Program-made: the position numbers and the translations under genes
Shown here: positions 35,460 to 45,001 of the stretch, piece by piece
How positions within the stretch are numbered: position 1 is the first letter of the stretch
How the letters are laid out: the number at the start of each line of letters is the position of its first letter
Origin: an uncultured Clostridia bacterium
GTDB lineage: Bacteria > Bacillota > Clostridia > Christensenellales > Borkfalkiaceae
Direction: 5' to 3'
NCBI GenBank assembly: GCA_964515795.1
Contig: CAZEVL010000001.1
Coordinates: 1-47,958 of the forward strand
Length of the DNA stretch: 47,958 nucleotides
The notes under the pieces: model-generated
Database searches by the model: none
What the model saw: only the letters and a program-made list of their open reading frames with translations
What the model was told of the DNA's origin: nothing

Positions 35460-38276
35460 TTATAAAATTTTTTTCAAAAATTGCCCCGTATAGCTTCGCT
35501 CCGCCTTCGCCACTTCTTCGGGAGAACCTTCGCAAACGATCGTTCCGCCGCCGTTGCCGCCTTCCGGACCCAAATCTATCAAATAGTCCGCCGTTTTGAT
35601 AACGTCCAGATTGTGTTCGATGACCAAAACGGTATTGCCGCCCTCCCGCAACTGCAACAAAATTTTAATCAACTTATCCACGTCATAGCTATGCAACCCC
35701 GTCGTAGGCTCGTCCAAAATATACAACGTTTTTCCCGTGGAGCGTTTGGAAAGCTCCGTTGCGAGTTTGACGCGTTGCGCTTCGCCGCCCGAAAGCGTCG
35801 TAGAACTTTGCCCTAACTTGATATACCCCAGCCCCACGTCATTGAGCGTTTTGATTTTGTTATATATGGAAGGCACGGGTGCAAAAAATTCGCAAGCCTC
35901 TTCCACCGTCATTTCCAAAATGTCGGAAATACTCTTCCCCTTGTACTTCACTTCCAACGTTTCACGGTTATAACGCTGCCCGCCGCACACCTCGCACGGC
36001 ACAAAAATATCCGGCAAGAAATGCATTTCGATTTTTATAATGCCGTCGCCGAAACAATGTTCGCACCTACCGCCGGAAATATTGAACGAAAACCGTCCCG
36101 CCTTATAACCGCGTTCCTTTGCGTCGGGCGTCATCGCAAACAAATCTCGAATGGCGTTGAACACGCCCGTATACGTCGCCGGATTACTGCGAGGCGTCCT
36201 GCCGATCGGCGATTGATCTATCGCAATGACTTTATCGAAATATTCCACGCCGTCCGCTCTATCGTATTCACCGAGTTTATGTTTTGCGCCGTTGTACTTG
36301 TTGGCAAGCAAGGGATAAACGATTTCGTTTACAAAACTCGATTTACCACTCCCGGACACCCCCGTCACCGCCGTAATTAACCCGACGGGAATTTTCACGT
36401 CGATATTTTTCAAATTGTTCTGTCTGCAACCGTAGAATTTTAACCATTTTCCCGTAGGCTGCGCACGCACGGACGGTGTTTCGATTTTCCGTCTGCCTGC
36501 CAAGTAATCGCCCGTAATCGAACGAGGTTCCGCCATAATTTGCGCCTGCGTTCCGCACGCCACGACCTCGCCGCCGTGCACGCCGGCTTTCGGCCCGATG
36601 TCCACGATATAATCCGCCGCACGAACGGTATCTTCGTCATGCTCGACGACAATGAGCGTGTTCCCCAAATCGCGCAATCCTTTGAGCGAATTTAACAATT
36701 TTTCGTTGTCGCGTTGATGCAAACCGATGCTCGGCTCGTCCAGAATATACAACACGCCGCTGAGCGCGCTCCCGATTTGCGTCGCCAAACGAATACGCTG
36801 GCTTTCGCCGCCCGAAAGCGTCACCGCCGTACGAGTCAACGTCAGATAATTCAAACCGACGTTCCGTAAAAATCCCAAACGGCTGTTGATTTCTTTGATG
36901 ATCGCGTCGGCGATCAAATGTTGCGTCGGCGTAAGCCGTTCCGTCAAACCGTCCATAAAGGCACAGAGTTTATCCACCGACATTTCGCAAAGTTCCCAAA
37001 TGTTTTTACCGCCTACGTATACGGAAAGAGCTTCTTTTTTCAAGCGTTTCCCGCCGCAACCGTCGCAAGGCGCGTTTCTCATCAATCGTTCGATATCGCT
37101 CTTCACACCGTCGGAAGTCGAATTGGCATATCGACGTTGCAAATTATTCACGTACCCTTCCCAAGTTTTTTTGAAGCTCCCGGAAAAAGAGCGTGTTTGA
37201 TATTGCATATCCACGCTTTTCTCGCTTCCGTACATCAAAATATCGTAAATCTCGCTCGGTAAGTCTTTCACGGGCACGTCCAAAGAAAAGCCGTACGCTT
37301 TGGACAATGCGGAAAGTTCCATCATCGCCATGGAATTAGAGCCTAAATTCCAACCCGTAACTTTCATCGCGCCCTCACGGAGCGTTTTATTCTTATCCGG
37401 GCACACCAAATCGGGGTCGACGAATTGCTTGAACCCGAGTCCCGAACACGTCGGACACGCACCGTAAACGGTATTAAACGAAAACAAACGCGGCTCTATC
37501 TCCTCGATGGAAATTCCGCAATCCGGGCAAGCGTAATTGACGGAATACAATTCCTCCTCCCCGTCGCAATCGATAATCACCAACCCGTCCGCAAGTTTCA
37601 ACGCGGTTTCCAAACTATCCGTCAAACGCTTTTGAATCGTAGATTTGATAATCAACCTGTCCACTACGACGGAAATATTGTGTTTGATATTTTTTTCGAG
37701 TTTTATCTCTTCTTGCAAATCGTAAACGATTCCGTCGATTTTTACTCTGCCGAAACCGCTTTTTTTGAACCCGTTCAACTCTTTTACGTACTCGCCCTTT
37801 CTTCCTCGCACCACGGGCGCGTTGACGAGGATTTTGCTTCCCTCGGGCATCGCCATGACTCTGTCGCAAATTTCGTCCACCGTCTGTCGCCGAATTTCTC
37901 TGCCGCATTTCGGACAATGCGGCGTACCGATCCTCGCGAACAGCAAACGGAAATAATCGTAAATTTCCGTCACAGTTCCCACGGTCGAACGCGGATTTCG
38001 CGAAGTCGTTTTTTGATCGATGGAAATCGCAGGCGACAATCCGTCGATGCTTTCCACGTCCGGCTTTTCCATTTGCCCCAAAAATTGCCGCGCGTAGGAA
38101 GACAAGCTCTCTACGTACCGCCTTTGTCCTTCGGCAAAAATCGTATCGAATGCAAGCGTGGATTTACCGCTCCCCGATACACCCGTAAACACCGTCAATT
38201 TGTTTCGGGGAATCGTCACGCTCACGTTTTTCAAATTGTTCTCTTTCGCACCTTTTATCGCTATTTCTTCTTTCAT
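35460..38276 (-). CDS. uvrA: Excinuclease ABC subunit A
   Basis: Two ABC modules (GVSGSGKST twice) plus zinc fingers. I prefer the ATG at 38276 (MKEEIAIKGAKENNLKN); the track ORF starts at the GTG at 38327. Confidence 0.95.
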   Translation of the reverse strand: MKEEIAIKGAKENNLKNVSVTIPRNKLTVFTGVSGSGKSTLAFDTIFAEGQRRYVESLSSYARQFLGQMEKPDVESIDGLSPAISIDQKTTSRNPRSTVGTVTEIYDYFRLLFARIGTPHCPKCGREIRRQTVDEICDRVMAMPEGSKILVNAPVVRGRKGEYVKELNGFKKSGFGRVKIDGIVYDLQEEIKLEKNIKHNISVVVDRLIIKSTIQKRLTDSLETALKLADGLVIIDCDGEEELYSVNYACPDCGISIEEIEPRLFSFNTVYGACPTCSGLGFKQFVDPDLVCPDKNKTLREGAMKVTGWNLGSNSMAMMELSALSKAYGFSLDVPVKDLPSEIYDILMYGSEKSVDMQYQTRSFSGSFKKTWEGYVNNLQRRYANSTSDGVKSDIERLMRNAPCDGCGGKRLKKEALSVYVGGKNIWELCEMSVDKLCAFMDGLTERLTPTQHLIADAIIKEINSRLGFLRNVGLNYLTLTRTAVTLSGGESQRIRLATQIGSALSGVLYILDEPSIGLHQRDNEKLLNSLKGLRDLGNTLIVVEHDEDTVRAADYIVDIGPKAGVHGGEVVACGTQAQIMAEPRSITGDYLAGRRKIETPSVRAQPTGKWLKFYGCRQNNLKNIDVKIPVGLITAVTGVSGSGKSSFVNEIVYPLLANKYNGAKHKLGEYDRADGVEYFDKVIAIDQSPIGRTPRSNPATYTGVFNAIRDLFAMTPDAKERGYKAGRFSFNISGGRCEHCFGDGIIKIEMHFLPDIFVPCEVCGGQRYNRETLEVKYKGKSISDILEMTVEEACEFFAPVPSIYNKIKTLNDVGLGYIKLGQSSTTLSGGEAQRVKLATELSKRSTGKTLYILDEPTTGLHSYDVDKLIKILLQLREGGNTVLVIEHNLDVIKTADYLIDLGPEGGNGGGTIVCEGSPEEVAKAERSYTGQFLKKIL

Positions 38277-38284
38277 ATCTTCAA

Positions 38285-38360
38285 CCGTTCCTTTCGTACC
38301 TGTCCTACGCGTTTTCATCGCGCACACGGCATACCGAAATTTGCGAAACGCATACTTGAT
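38285..38360 (+). repeat. Degenerate tandem copies of the two-box repeat in the uvrB-uvrA spacer
   Basis: 38321-38360 reads CGCACACGGCA-N14-AAACGCATACTTGAT. 38285-38320 holds a partial second unit sharing GATGAAAACG and GTACGAAAGGAACGG (minus strand) with copies B and D. Confidence 0.5.
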
Positions 38361-38373
38361 ATTGCCGTTTTTT

Positions 38374-40335
38374 CTATTTCTGTGCCTTACGAAGTTTCAA
38401 TTTCAACTCCGCTATCTTTTCTCGAATTTCAATCGCACGTTCGAAATTGAGCTGACCGCTCGCCACCTTCATCAACGCTTTCAGCTTCTCTATCTCATCG
38501 GGAATATCCTGCATCTTGATATCGTCGTCCGTCGTTTTCTTCGTAACCATTAACGTGGACTTCACTTCCTTGATAATGGTTTTCGGCACAATCCCGTGCG
38601 CCTTGTTGTATTCGTCCTGAATCTCCCGTCGACGATTTGTCTCGTCGATGGCACGTTTCATACTATCCGTCGTCACGTCCGCATACATTACGACTCGCCC
38701 TTCGCTGTTACGCGCCGCTCTGCCGATGGTCTGAATGAGTGACGTTTCGCTCCGCAAAAAGCCTTCTTTATCGGCGTCGAGAATCGCCACGAGCTTCACT
38801 TCGGGCAAGTCCAACCCCTCACGAAGCAAATTGATACCGCAAAGCACGTCGAATTCCCCCAAGCGCAAACCGTTGACGATATCGATACGTTCCAACGTAT
38901 CCACGTCGCTGTGCATATATTTCACCTTCACGGCATGTTCTTTCAAGAAGTCCGTCAATTCTTCCGCCATACGTTTCGTAAGCGTGGTAATCAACACCCT
39001 GCCGCCGTCCGCTACGACACGGCGAATTTCCGACAACAAATCGTCGATTTGCCCTTTCGTCGGACGGACGGTGATCGGCGGATCGAGCAATCCCGTCGGA
39101 CGAATGAGCTGTTCCACCCGTTGCTCCGCTTGTTCCAACTCATACGGAGCAGGCGTCGCCGAAACGCAAATGAGTTGCGGCACGCGCGCGTCGAATTCCT
39201 CAAACGTGAGCGGACGATTATCATAAGCGGCACGCATGCGAAAGCCGTATTCCACCAAGTTTTTCTTTCTGGACAGATCCCCGTGATACATCGCGCGAAT
39301 TTGCGGAATGGTCCTGTGACTCTCGTCGATGAACCCCAAAAATTCCCCGGAAGGGAAATAATCGAGAAGCGTAAACGAAGGCTGTCCCGGCTGTCTGCCG
39401 TCAAAATAGCGACTGTAATTTTCGATACCGCTGCAATACCCGATCTCGCGCATCATCTCCAAATCGTGTTCGGTGCGTTGTTTCAGGCGTTGCGCCTCCA
39501 AAATCTTTCCGTCCTCCTCGAACGCACGCACCTCGCCCTTCAAGTCCTCCTCGATCATGGCGAGCGCGCCTTTCAGCTTCTCAGTCCCCACGGCATACTG
39601 GCTGGCAGGGAAAATCGCCACGTGCGACAACTCGTTGAGTTTATTCCCCGTCAAAGCCTCCACTTCGTAAATTTTCTCTATCTCGTCTCCCCAGAACTCC
39701 AAGCGAATCGCCACCTCGGAATTGGACGCGGGAAAAATTTCCAAACTGTCACCGCGGACGCGAAACGTCGAACGCTTAAAGTCCACGTCGTTACGCGCAT
39801 ATTGCAATTCGATGAGCTTCCGCATCAATTCGTTGCGTTCCCATTCCATGCCAGGACGCAAAGAAAGCGACAAACGAAAATATTCCTCGGGCGCACCGAG
39901 ACCGTATATACAGGACACGGACGCCACGACCAACACGTCTTTCCGCTCCATTAACGAACCGGTCGCACTGTTACGAAGCTTATCTATTTCGTCGTTCATG
40001 CTCAAATCTTTCTCGATGTACGTATCCGTAGAGGGAATGTAACTTTCGGGTTGATAGTAATCGTAATAGGACACGAAATACTCCACGCGATTCTCGGGAA
40101 AAAACTCCCGAAACTCGTTGCAAAGTTGCGCGGCGAGCGTCTTGTTGTGTGCGATAACGAGCGTCGGTCGATTGACGTTTTCGATAACGTTCGCCATCGT
40201 AAAGGTTTTTCCGCTCCCCGTGACGCCGACCAAAACCTGCGTACGAAGTCCGTCCAAGACTCCTTCCGTCAATTTCTCTATTGCCTGCGGCTGATCCCCC
40301 GTCGGCGCAAACGGCGCGTGTAACTTAAAATCCAT
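38374..40335 (-). CDS. uvrB: Excinuclease ABC subunit B
   Basis: 653 aa. [12 protein letters not shown], helicase motifs, and a C-terminal UVR domain. Confidence 0.95.
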   Translation of the reverse strand: MDFKLHAPFAPTGDQPQAIEKLTEGVLDGLRTQVLVGVTGSGKTFTMANVIENVNRPTLVIAHNKTLAAQLCNEFREFFPENRVEYFVSYYDYYQPESYIPSTDTYIEKDLSMNDEIDKLRNSATGSLMERKDVLVVASVSCIYGLGAPEEYFRLSLSLRPGMEWERNELMRKLIELQYARNDVDFKRSTFRVRGDSLEIFPASNSEVAIRLEFWGDEIEKIYEVEALTGNKLNELSHVAIFPASQYAVGTEKLKGALAMIEEDLKGEVRAFEEDGKILEAQRLKQRTEHDLEMMREIGYCSGIENYSRYFDGRQPGQPSFTLLDYFPSGEFLGFIDESHRTIPQIRAMYHGDLSRKKNLVEYGFRMRAAYDNRPLTFEEFDARVPQLICVSATPAPYELEQAEQRVEQLIRPTGLLDPPITVRPTKGQIDDLLSEIRRVVADGGRVLITTLTKRMAEELTDFLKEHAVKVKYMHSDVDTLERIDIVNGLRLGEFDVLCGINLLREGLDLPEVKLVAILDADKEGFLRSETSLIQTIGRAARNSEGRVVMYADVTTDSMKRAIDETNRRREIQDEYNKAHGIVPKTIIKEVKSTLMVTKKTTDDDIKMQDIPDEIEKLKALMKVASGQLNFERAIEIREKIAELKLKLRKAQK

Positions 40336-40345
40336 TTTTTATCCT

Positions 40346-40393
40346 CAAACAAATGTTTGTATCATTATAGCACAACCGACGAAAAAAGTAAAC
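40346..40393 (-). promoter_or_regulatory. uvrB promoter with a LexA-box-like palindrome
   Basis: Minus strand reads GTTTACTTTTTTC (containing -35 TTTACT), a 17-nt spacer, TGcTATAAT, 4 nt, then the perfect palindrome CAAACATTTGTTTG (40346-40359), then AGGA RBS. Confidence 0.55.
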
Positions 40394-40411
40394 AACTTGT
40401 ACGAACTTTTT

Positions 40412-40768
40412 TCAAAATATCCACTTCAAAATCAACCCTACAAGGAAAGCGATCACGGCGGAAGTCACCGCCCAGACCACTTTAAGCGCGGCGTCCCGTC
40501 GCATCTGCGTATGCACGCGCTGAAAAGCGAACCCGTTCACTCGAAGGGAAATCACGTACATCTTCTCCCCTTTCCGTTCGGAAGAGAGCAATTCAAAATA
40601 ATTATCCAACGACAACGCGTCCAAAATCTTTTCCAATTTCTCCTCCGTGTATCCTCTTTTTCTCGGCAACAACGACAGTAATTCCGCAGGCGAAATCAAA
40701 CACACGCCCCTTCCGACGCAGAGCGAATACACCGCGCCCATCACTTCGCTTTCCTGTCTGTTCAGCAT
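40412..40768 (-). CDS. Hypothetical small protein: N-terminal wHTH-like region, C-terminal TM anchor
   Basis: 118 aa from the ATG at 40768 (GGAGGG RBS); the track ORF is extended to 40804. MLNRQESEVMGAVYSLC... resembles BlaI-type N-termini. C-terminal VVWAVTSAVIAFLVGLILKWIF. Confidence 0.6.
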   Translation of the reverse strand: MLNRQESEVMGAVYSLCVGRGVCLISPAELLSLLPRKRGYTEEKLEKILDALSLDNYFELLSSERKGEKMYVISLRVNGFAFQRVHTQMRRDAALKVVWAVTSAVIAFLVGLILKWIF

Positions 40769-40786
40769 ATTGCCCTCCGTTCTTTT

Positions 40787-40827
40787 CGTACACGGTAGGC
40801 ACATAAATCATTCAACGAATACCTGCC
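40787..40827 (+). repeat. Two-box intergenic repeat, copy D (CGTACACGGTA-N14-TCAACGAATACCTGCC)
   Basis: See copy B. It lies immediately upstream of the small wHTH/TM gene. Confidence 0.8.
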
Positions 40828-40967
40828 TGCCGCGTTTTTATATAGTATACTCCGTTCCGACGTCTTTCATTCGCACGGGATTTTCCACACTTTTTTAATT
40901 TTTAAGGAAAATTTTTCGACAAATTAACGGTTACAGCCTGCAAACGCTGTCTTTTTTCAGGGAAATA

Positions 40968-40976
40968 TGTTATAAT
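40968..40976 (+). promoter_or_regulatory. Extended -10 (TGtTATAAT) of the PLC-like/MFS operon
   Basis: TGTTATAAT lies 65 nt upstream of the ATG at 41041. There is no good -35. Confidence 0.4.
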
Positions 40977-41040
40977 AAGACACAAACAAAATTCGTCGGG
41001 CGCAACCGAAAAAAATTCCGTTACGTCCGCAGAGGTTATT

Positions 41041-41877
41041 ATGCCTGCAGTTTACGCACATTATTCTTTCGGCGAAAAGGTTCTCGACTCCTTACCGCAC
41101 ACGCTTGCGGAACGTTTCTCGCGATTTCACGAAGCGTTCGCCTTAGGCACGCAAGGTCCGGATATATTATTTTATCACCGCCCCTTAAAGAAAAACCCAA
41201 CCCGACAAAAAGGTTCGGATATGCATTTCGCCGCAGCCGAAAGCTTTTTCTCCCGCCAAGCGAAACGTTTAACAAACGAAAACCACGTAACGCCGCAAAA
41301 CGGTGCGTGGCTTCCTCGCTCCGCCGAAGCCGCTTACGTGGCGGGATTCATTTGTCATTTCGCCTTAGACGTGTACGCGCACCCGATTGTATACGAATTG
41401 CAATCGACAGGCGTCTCCCACGGAAAAATAGAATCGGAATTCGACAAATATCTTTTACGAAAAGACGATAAACCCGTTCGCGGATACAACACCGCACAAT
41501 TCGCCGTTTGCCGAAACGGCACGGCAGAAGCCTGCGCAAACGTATTGGACGTTACGACGGAAGAGATACGTCTTGCCGTAAAAACGATCCGCAAAATCAA
41601 CGGCTGGTTCTCTCAAAAACACGAAACGTTCCACGTGCTTGCGCATACCGCACTCAAGCTCGTCGGGCTGGACGAAAAATTCGGAGATATGTTTTTAAGA
41701 AAACACGACGATCCTCGCTGCGAAACGTGCAATCTTCGCTTAAACGAAGCTCTGCAATCCGCCGTGCCTTTTACGGCAACGCTCTTGACGGAATATTTTT
41801 CTCGCATTTCGGAGTTTGCCGCAGGAGAACGCTTAAACGACTTTTTTCAAAATAATTACACGGGAGGACCTATGTAA
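41041..41877 (+). CDS. Zinc-dependent phospholipase C family protein
   Basis: 278 aa. N-terminal MPAVYAHYSFG and later H/D-rich motifs (HFALDVYAHP) are typical of the small clostridial Zn_dep_PLPC family. AGAGG RBS. Confidence 0.65.
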   Translation: MPAVYAHYSFGEKVLDSLPHTLAERFSRFHEAFALGTQGPDILFYHRPLKKNPTRQKGSDMHFAAAESFFSRQAKRLTNENHVTPQNGAWLPRSAEAAYVAGFICHFALDVYAHPIVYELQSTGVSHGKIESEFDKYLLRKDDKPVRGYNTAQFAVCRNGTAEACANVLDVTTEEIRLAVKTIRKINGWFSQKHETFHVLAHTALKLVGLDEKFGDMFLRKHDDPRCETCNLRLNEALQSAVPFTATLLTEYFSRISEFAAGERLNDFFQNNYTGGPM

Positions 41878-43187
41878 TGGCAAAATTCAACAAACTGGAA
41901 AAGCAATGGATTCTGTACGACGTCGCAAATTCCGCCTATACTCTGTTAAGTACCGCGCTGTTGGCGTTTTATTTCAATTTCCTTTCCCCGTCGGAAAGTT
42001 TGACGTCCGTTTGGGGCGCGACCAACGTCATCGTCACGATTATCGCCGTACTCCTCTGCCCGATTATGGGTACGTATGCCGATTTCAGTAAAAAACGAAA
42101 CGTATTCATGCTGTTCGCGTCCGTCGGCATCATCGGTTGTACGCTATTGTCGATTTTCAGCCCGATGAAAGACTTCTCTTTTGCAGGGCTTTTGTTTCTC
42201 ATCGTCTATATCGTAACCGAAGTCGGCTACACTTCGGCAAACGTTTTCTATGACTCCATGCTTTCGGACGTCACCACGGACGAAAACATGCACGACGTTT
42301 CCGCAAGCGGTTACGCATGGGGCTATATAGGAAGCTGCGTTCCCTTTATTCTCTGCCTTGTTTTATACGTCCTCGGCGACATGGTTTTCGTGGAGAAAGT
42401 CGGCGACGTCGTCAATAAGCCGTACCTCGGCACTTGCTTTTCACTCTGTTGCTTGATTACGGCGGCTTGGTGGTTCCTTTTCACCTTACCCTTGTATAAA
42501 AATTACAAACAACTGCATTTTTTACAACGTCCGCACCACCCCGTCAGAGAAACGTTCAAACGACTCGGTTCGATCTTTAAGGAACTGACAAAGAACAAGA
42601 AAGCTCTGCTTTTCCTATTCGCTTATTTCTTCTATATCGACGGCGTACATACCATCATCAAAATGGCAATGACCATCGGGAACGACCTGCAATTCGAAAA
42701 TTTCGGCACTGTTAAGCTCGTCCTCGCGCTGTTCGTTACGCAAATCGTAGCCTTCCCGTTCGCGATTTTATTCGGGAAGCTTTCTTCGAAAGTCAAATCC
42801 GAAGCGTTGCTGATTGTCGGCATCGCTTCGTACACAGCCATCGGCGTCCTCGCCGTATTTCTGCGTCAGGAATGGCAATTCTGGGTCATGGCGGTCGGCG
42901 TGGGCATGTTCCAAGGCGGTATCCAAGCCATGTCCCGTTCCTACTTCACTAAAATCGTTCCCAAAGAAAAGACGGGAGAATTTTTCGGAATTTACGATAT
43001 TTTCGGCAAGAGTGCGGCAATCCTCGGCGTAGGATTGATTTCCTTGCTGAGCAGTTTCTTTCCCTTAAAGGACGCCACGTGGATCAACGTCGCGTTGCTC
43101 CCTCTGCCGATTTTGTTCGCCATCGGTCTGATACTGTTTATTATTTCCATAAAAATTCCGTCCTCGTCAAACGACGAAAAACGTTAA
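41877..43187 (+). CDS. MFS transporter (UMF1/Atg22-like)
   Basis: 436 aa with about 12 TM segments. WILYDVANSAY is typical of UMF1. TAATG overlap with the upstream gene. GGGAGG RBS. Confidence 0.8.
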   Translation: MAKFNKLEKQWILYDVANSAYTLLSTALLAFYFNFLSPSESLTSVWGATNVIVTIIAVLLCPIMGTYADFSKKRNVFMLFASVGIIGCTLLSIFSPMKDFSFAGLLFLIVYIVTEVGYTSANVFYDSMLSDVTTDENMHDVSASGYAWGYIGSCVPFILCLVLYVLGDMVFVEKVGDVVNKPYLGTCFSLCCLITAAWWFLFTLPLYKNYKQLHFLQRPHHPVRETFKRLGSIFKELTKNKKALLFLFAYFFYIDGVHTIIKMAMTIGNDLQFENFGTVKLVLALFVTQIVAFPFAILFGKLSSKVKSEALLIVGIASYTAIGVLAVFLRQEWQFWVMAVGVGMFQGGIQAMSRSYFTKIVPKEKTGEFFGIYDIFGKSAAILGVGLISLLSSFFPLKDATWINVALLPLPILFAIGLILFIISIKIPSSSNDEKR

Positions 43188-43256
43188 CGGACGAAAATCA
43201 ATCTACACGATAGAAGCCTAACGTTTGGTTACTCATCGATAAAAGATACCTTTTCA

Positions 43257-43290
43257 AAAGGGAGTCGTTAAAAAACGACTCCCTTTTTCT
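43257..43290. terminator. Bidirectional terminator (MFS operon and leu-ilv-ridA operon)
   Basis: GGGAGTCGTT/AACGACTCCC 10-bp stem with loop AAAA, flanked by AAAA and TTTTT. Confidence 0.8.
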
Positions 43291-43408
43291 TACCTTAAAA
43301 ATCGAATTCCAAAAGTCTTCGCGCTTTTTTACTCCGTGCAATCGGTGCAAACTCGTTTTCGCTTTCAAAGTATTTCACAAAAATTTTCCCCTGTCGTTCC
43401 TTACGTTT

Positions 43409-43789
43409 TTATAACGTCGCGACGACTTCCACTTCCGCAAGTACGTTCTTCGGCAACGTCTTTACCGCCACGCAACTTCTTGCCGGTTTCGTCGTGAAAT
43501 ACTTCCCGTACACGGCATTGAAAGCCGCAAAATCTTCCATATTCGCCAAAAAACAAGTCGTCTTGACCGCTTTTTCGAAACTGCTGCCCGCGGCGTTCAA
43601 CACCGCGCCGAGGTTCTGCATAATCTGCTCCGTCTGTGCTTCTATCGTCGCCGCCTCCACGTTGCCCGTTTCGGGATTAATGGGAATCTGCCCCGACGTA
43701 AACACCATACCGTTGCAGACAACCGCCTGCGAATACGGCCCGATCGCCGCAGGCGCTTTTTCCGTGGTTATCATAATACATTCCGACAT
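43409..43789 (-). CDS. ridA: RidA family enamine/imine deaminase
   Basis: 126 aa with APAAIGPYSQAV. GAGGTG RBS. Confidence 0.9.
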   Translation of the reverse strand: MSECIMITTEKAPAAIGPYSQAVVCNGMVFTSGQIPINPETGNVEAATIEAQTEQIMQNLGAVLNAAGSSFEKAVKTTCFLANMEDFAAFNAVYGKYFTTKPARSCVAVKTLPKNVLAEVEVVATL

Positions 43790-43804
43790 ATTCTTTTCAC
43801 CTCA

Positions 43805-44998
43805 CTATAACAATTTGAATCCGCCATCCGTCAACGCACGACGGATCTGCTCGATATGCTCGAAGTTCCTCGTCTCCAACACGATACGCAAATAACAGCC
43901 GTTAACGTCCGCACCCTCGTTTGCTCTCTCGTGATGTACCGAAGTCACGTTCCCGCCCAAATCCGCAATAATTCGAGAAACGTTTTTCAGTTGTCCGGGC
44001 TTATCTGCGAGTTCTATCATCAGCTGACAATTCCTGCCCGACATCAAAAGTCCGCGTTTGATAACGCGCGATAAAATCGTCACGTCGATATTTCCGCCCG
44101 ACAACACACAGACGGCTTTCTTGCCTTGCAAGTCCGCTTTCCCGAACATTGCCGCCGCCACCGCCACCGCGCCCGCGCCCTCGGTTACGAGTTTATGCTG
44201 CTCCATCAGCGCAAGTATCGCCGCCGAAATCTCGTCGTCGGAAACCGTCAACACCTCGTCCACGTATTTCTCGCAAAGCGCATACGTCAAAGTTCCCGGT
44301 TTTTTTACGGCAATTCCGTCCGCAATCGTCGAAACGGAATCCAATTCCTCGATTGCCCCGTGCGCCAACGCGTTTTTCATGGACGGCGCGCCTTTCGCCT
44401 GCACGCCGTACACTTTCACGTGCGGATTTAACGTCTTGACGGTATAGGCGATGCCCGAAATCAAGCCGCCTCCGCCGATCGGCACAAGCACTGCGTCGAA
44501 GTCGGACAACTGCTCGATCAGTTCCAATGCGATCGTGCCTTGCCCGGCAATAACATCCTCGTCGTCGAAGGGATGAATGAACGTATATCCTTTCTCGTCG
44601 CGAAGTTGCAACGCTTTTTTGTACGCGTCGTCGTAAACGCCCTCGACCAAACAAACTTCCGCACCGTAACTTTTTGTCGCCTCTACTTTGGATATAGGCG
44701 CACCGTCCGGCAGACAGATCACGGCTTTTATTCCGTTCTTTTTCGCAGCCAACGCCACGCCTTGCGCATGATTCCCCGCGGAACAGGCAATCACGCCGCG
44801 CTCCCGTTCCTCTTTGGACAATCGGCTCATTTTATAATATGCGCCGCGAACCTTAAACGAACCCGTCACCTGTAAATTTTCCGTCTTTAAGTATAACTCC
44901 GCCCCGGGGCAAAGTTTCGGCGCATACAACACGTCCGTCTTTCTTGCCACGCCTTTCAAAACGTTGCTCGCCCTATATACGTTATCGATCGTCAACAT
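43805..44998 (-). CDS. ilvA: Threonine ammonia-lyase (threonine dehydratase) with a C-terminal ACT-like domain
   Basis: 397 aa with PLP lysine motif TGSFKVRGA and GGGGLISG. Confidence 0.9.
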   Translation of the reverse strand: MLTIDNVYRASNVLKGVARKTDVLYAPKLCPGAELYLKTENLQVTGSFKVRGAYYKMSRLSKEERERGVIACSAGNHAQGVALAAKKNGIKAVICLPDGAPISKVEATKSYGAEVCLVEGVYDDAYKKALQLRDEKGYTFIHPFDDEDVIAGQGTIALELIEQLSDFDAVLVPIGGGGLISGIAYTVKTLNPHVKVYGVQAKGAPSMKNALAHGAIEELDSVSTIADGIAVKKPGTLTYALCEKYVDEVLTVSDDEISAAILALMEQHKLVTEGAGAVAVAAAMFGKADLQGKKAVCVLSGGNIDVTILSRVIKRGLLMSGRNCQLMIELADKPGQLKNVSRIIADLGGNVTSVHHERANEGADVNGCYLRIVLETRNFEHIEQIRRALTDGGFKLL

Positions 44999-45001
44999 AA
45001 C

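Noticed and set aside
40933-40957. Plus-strand hairpin ACAGC/GCTGT followed by a T run, upstream of the PLC-like promoter, as the terminator of a short orphan transcript.
   Set aside because: The stem is only 5 bp, and no convincing plus-strand promoter lies upstream.
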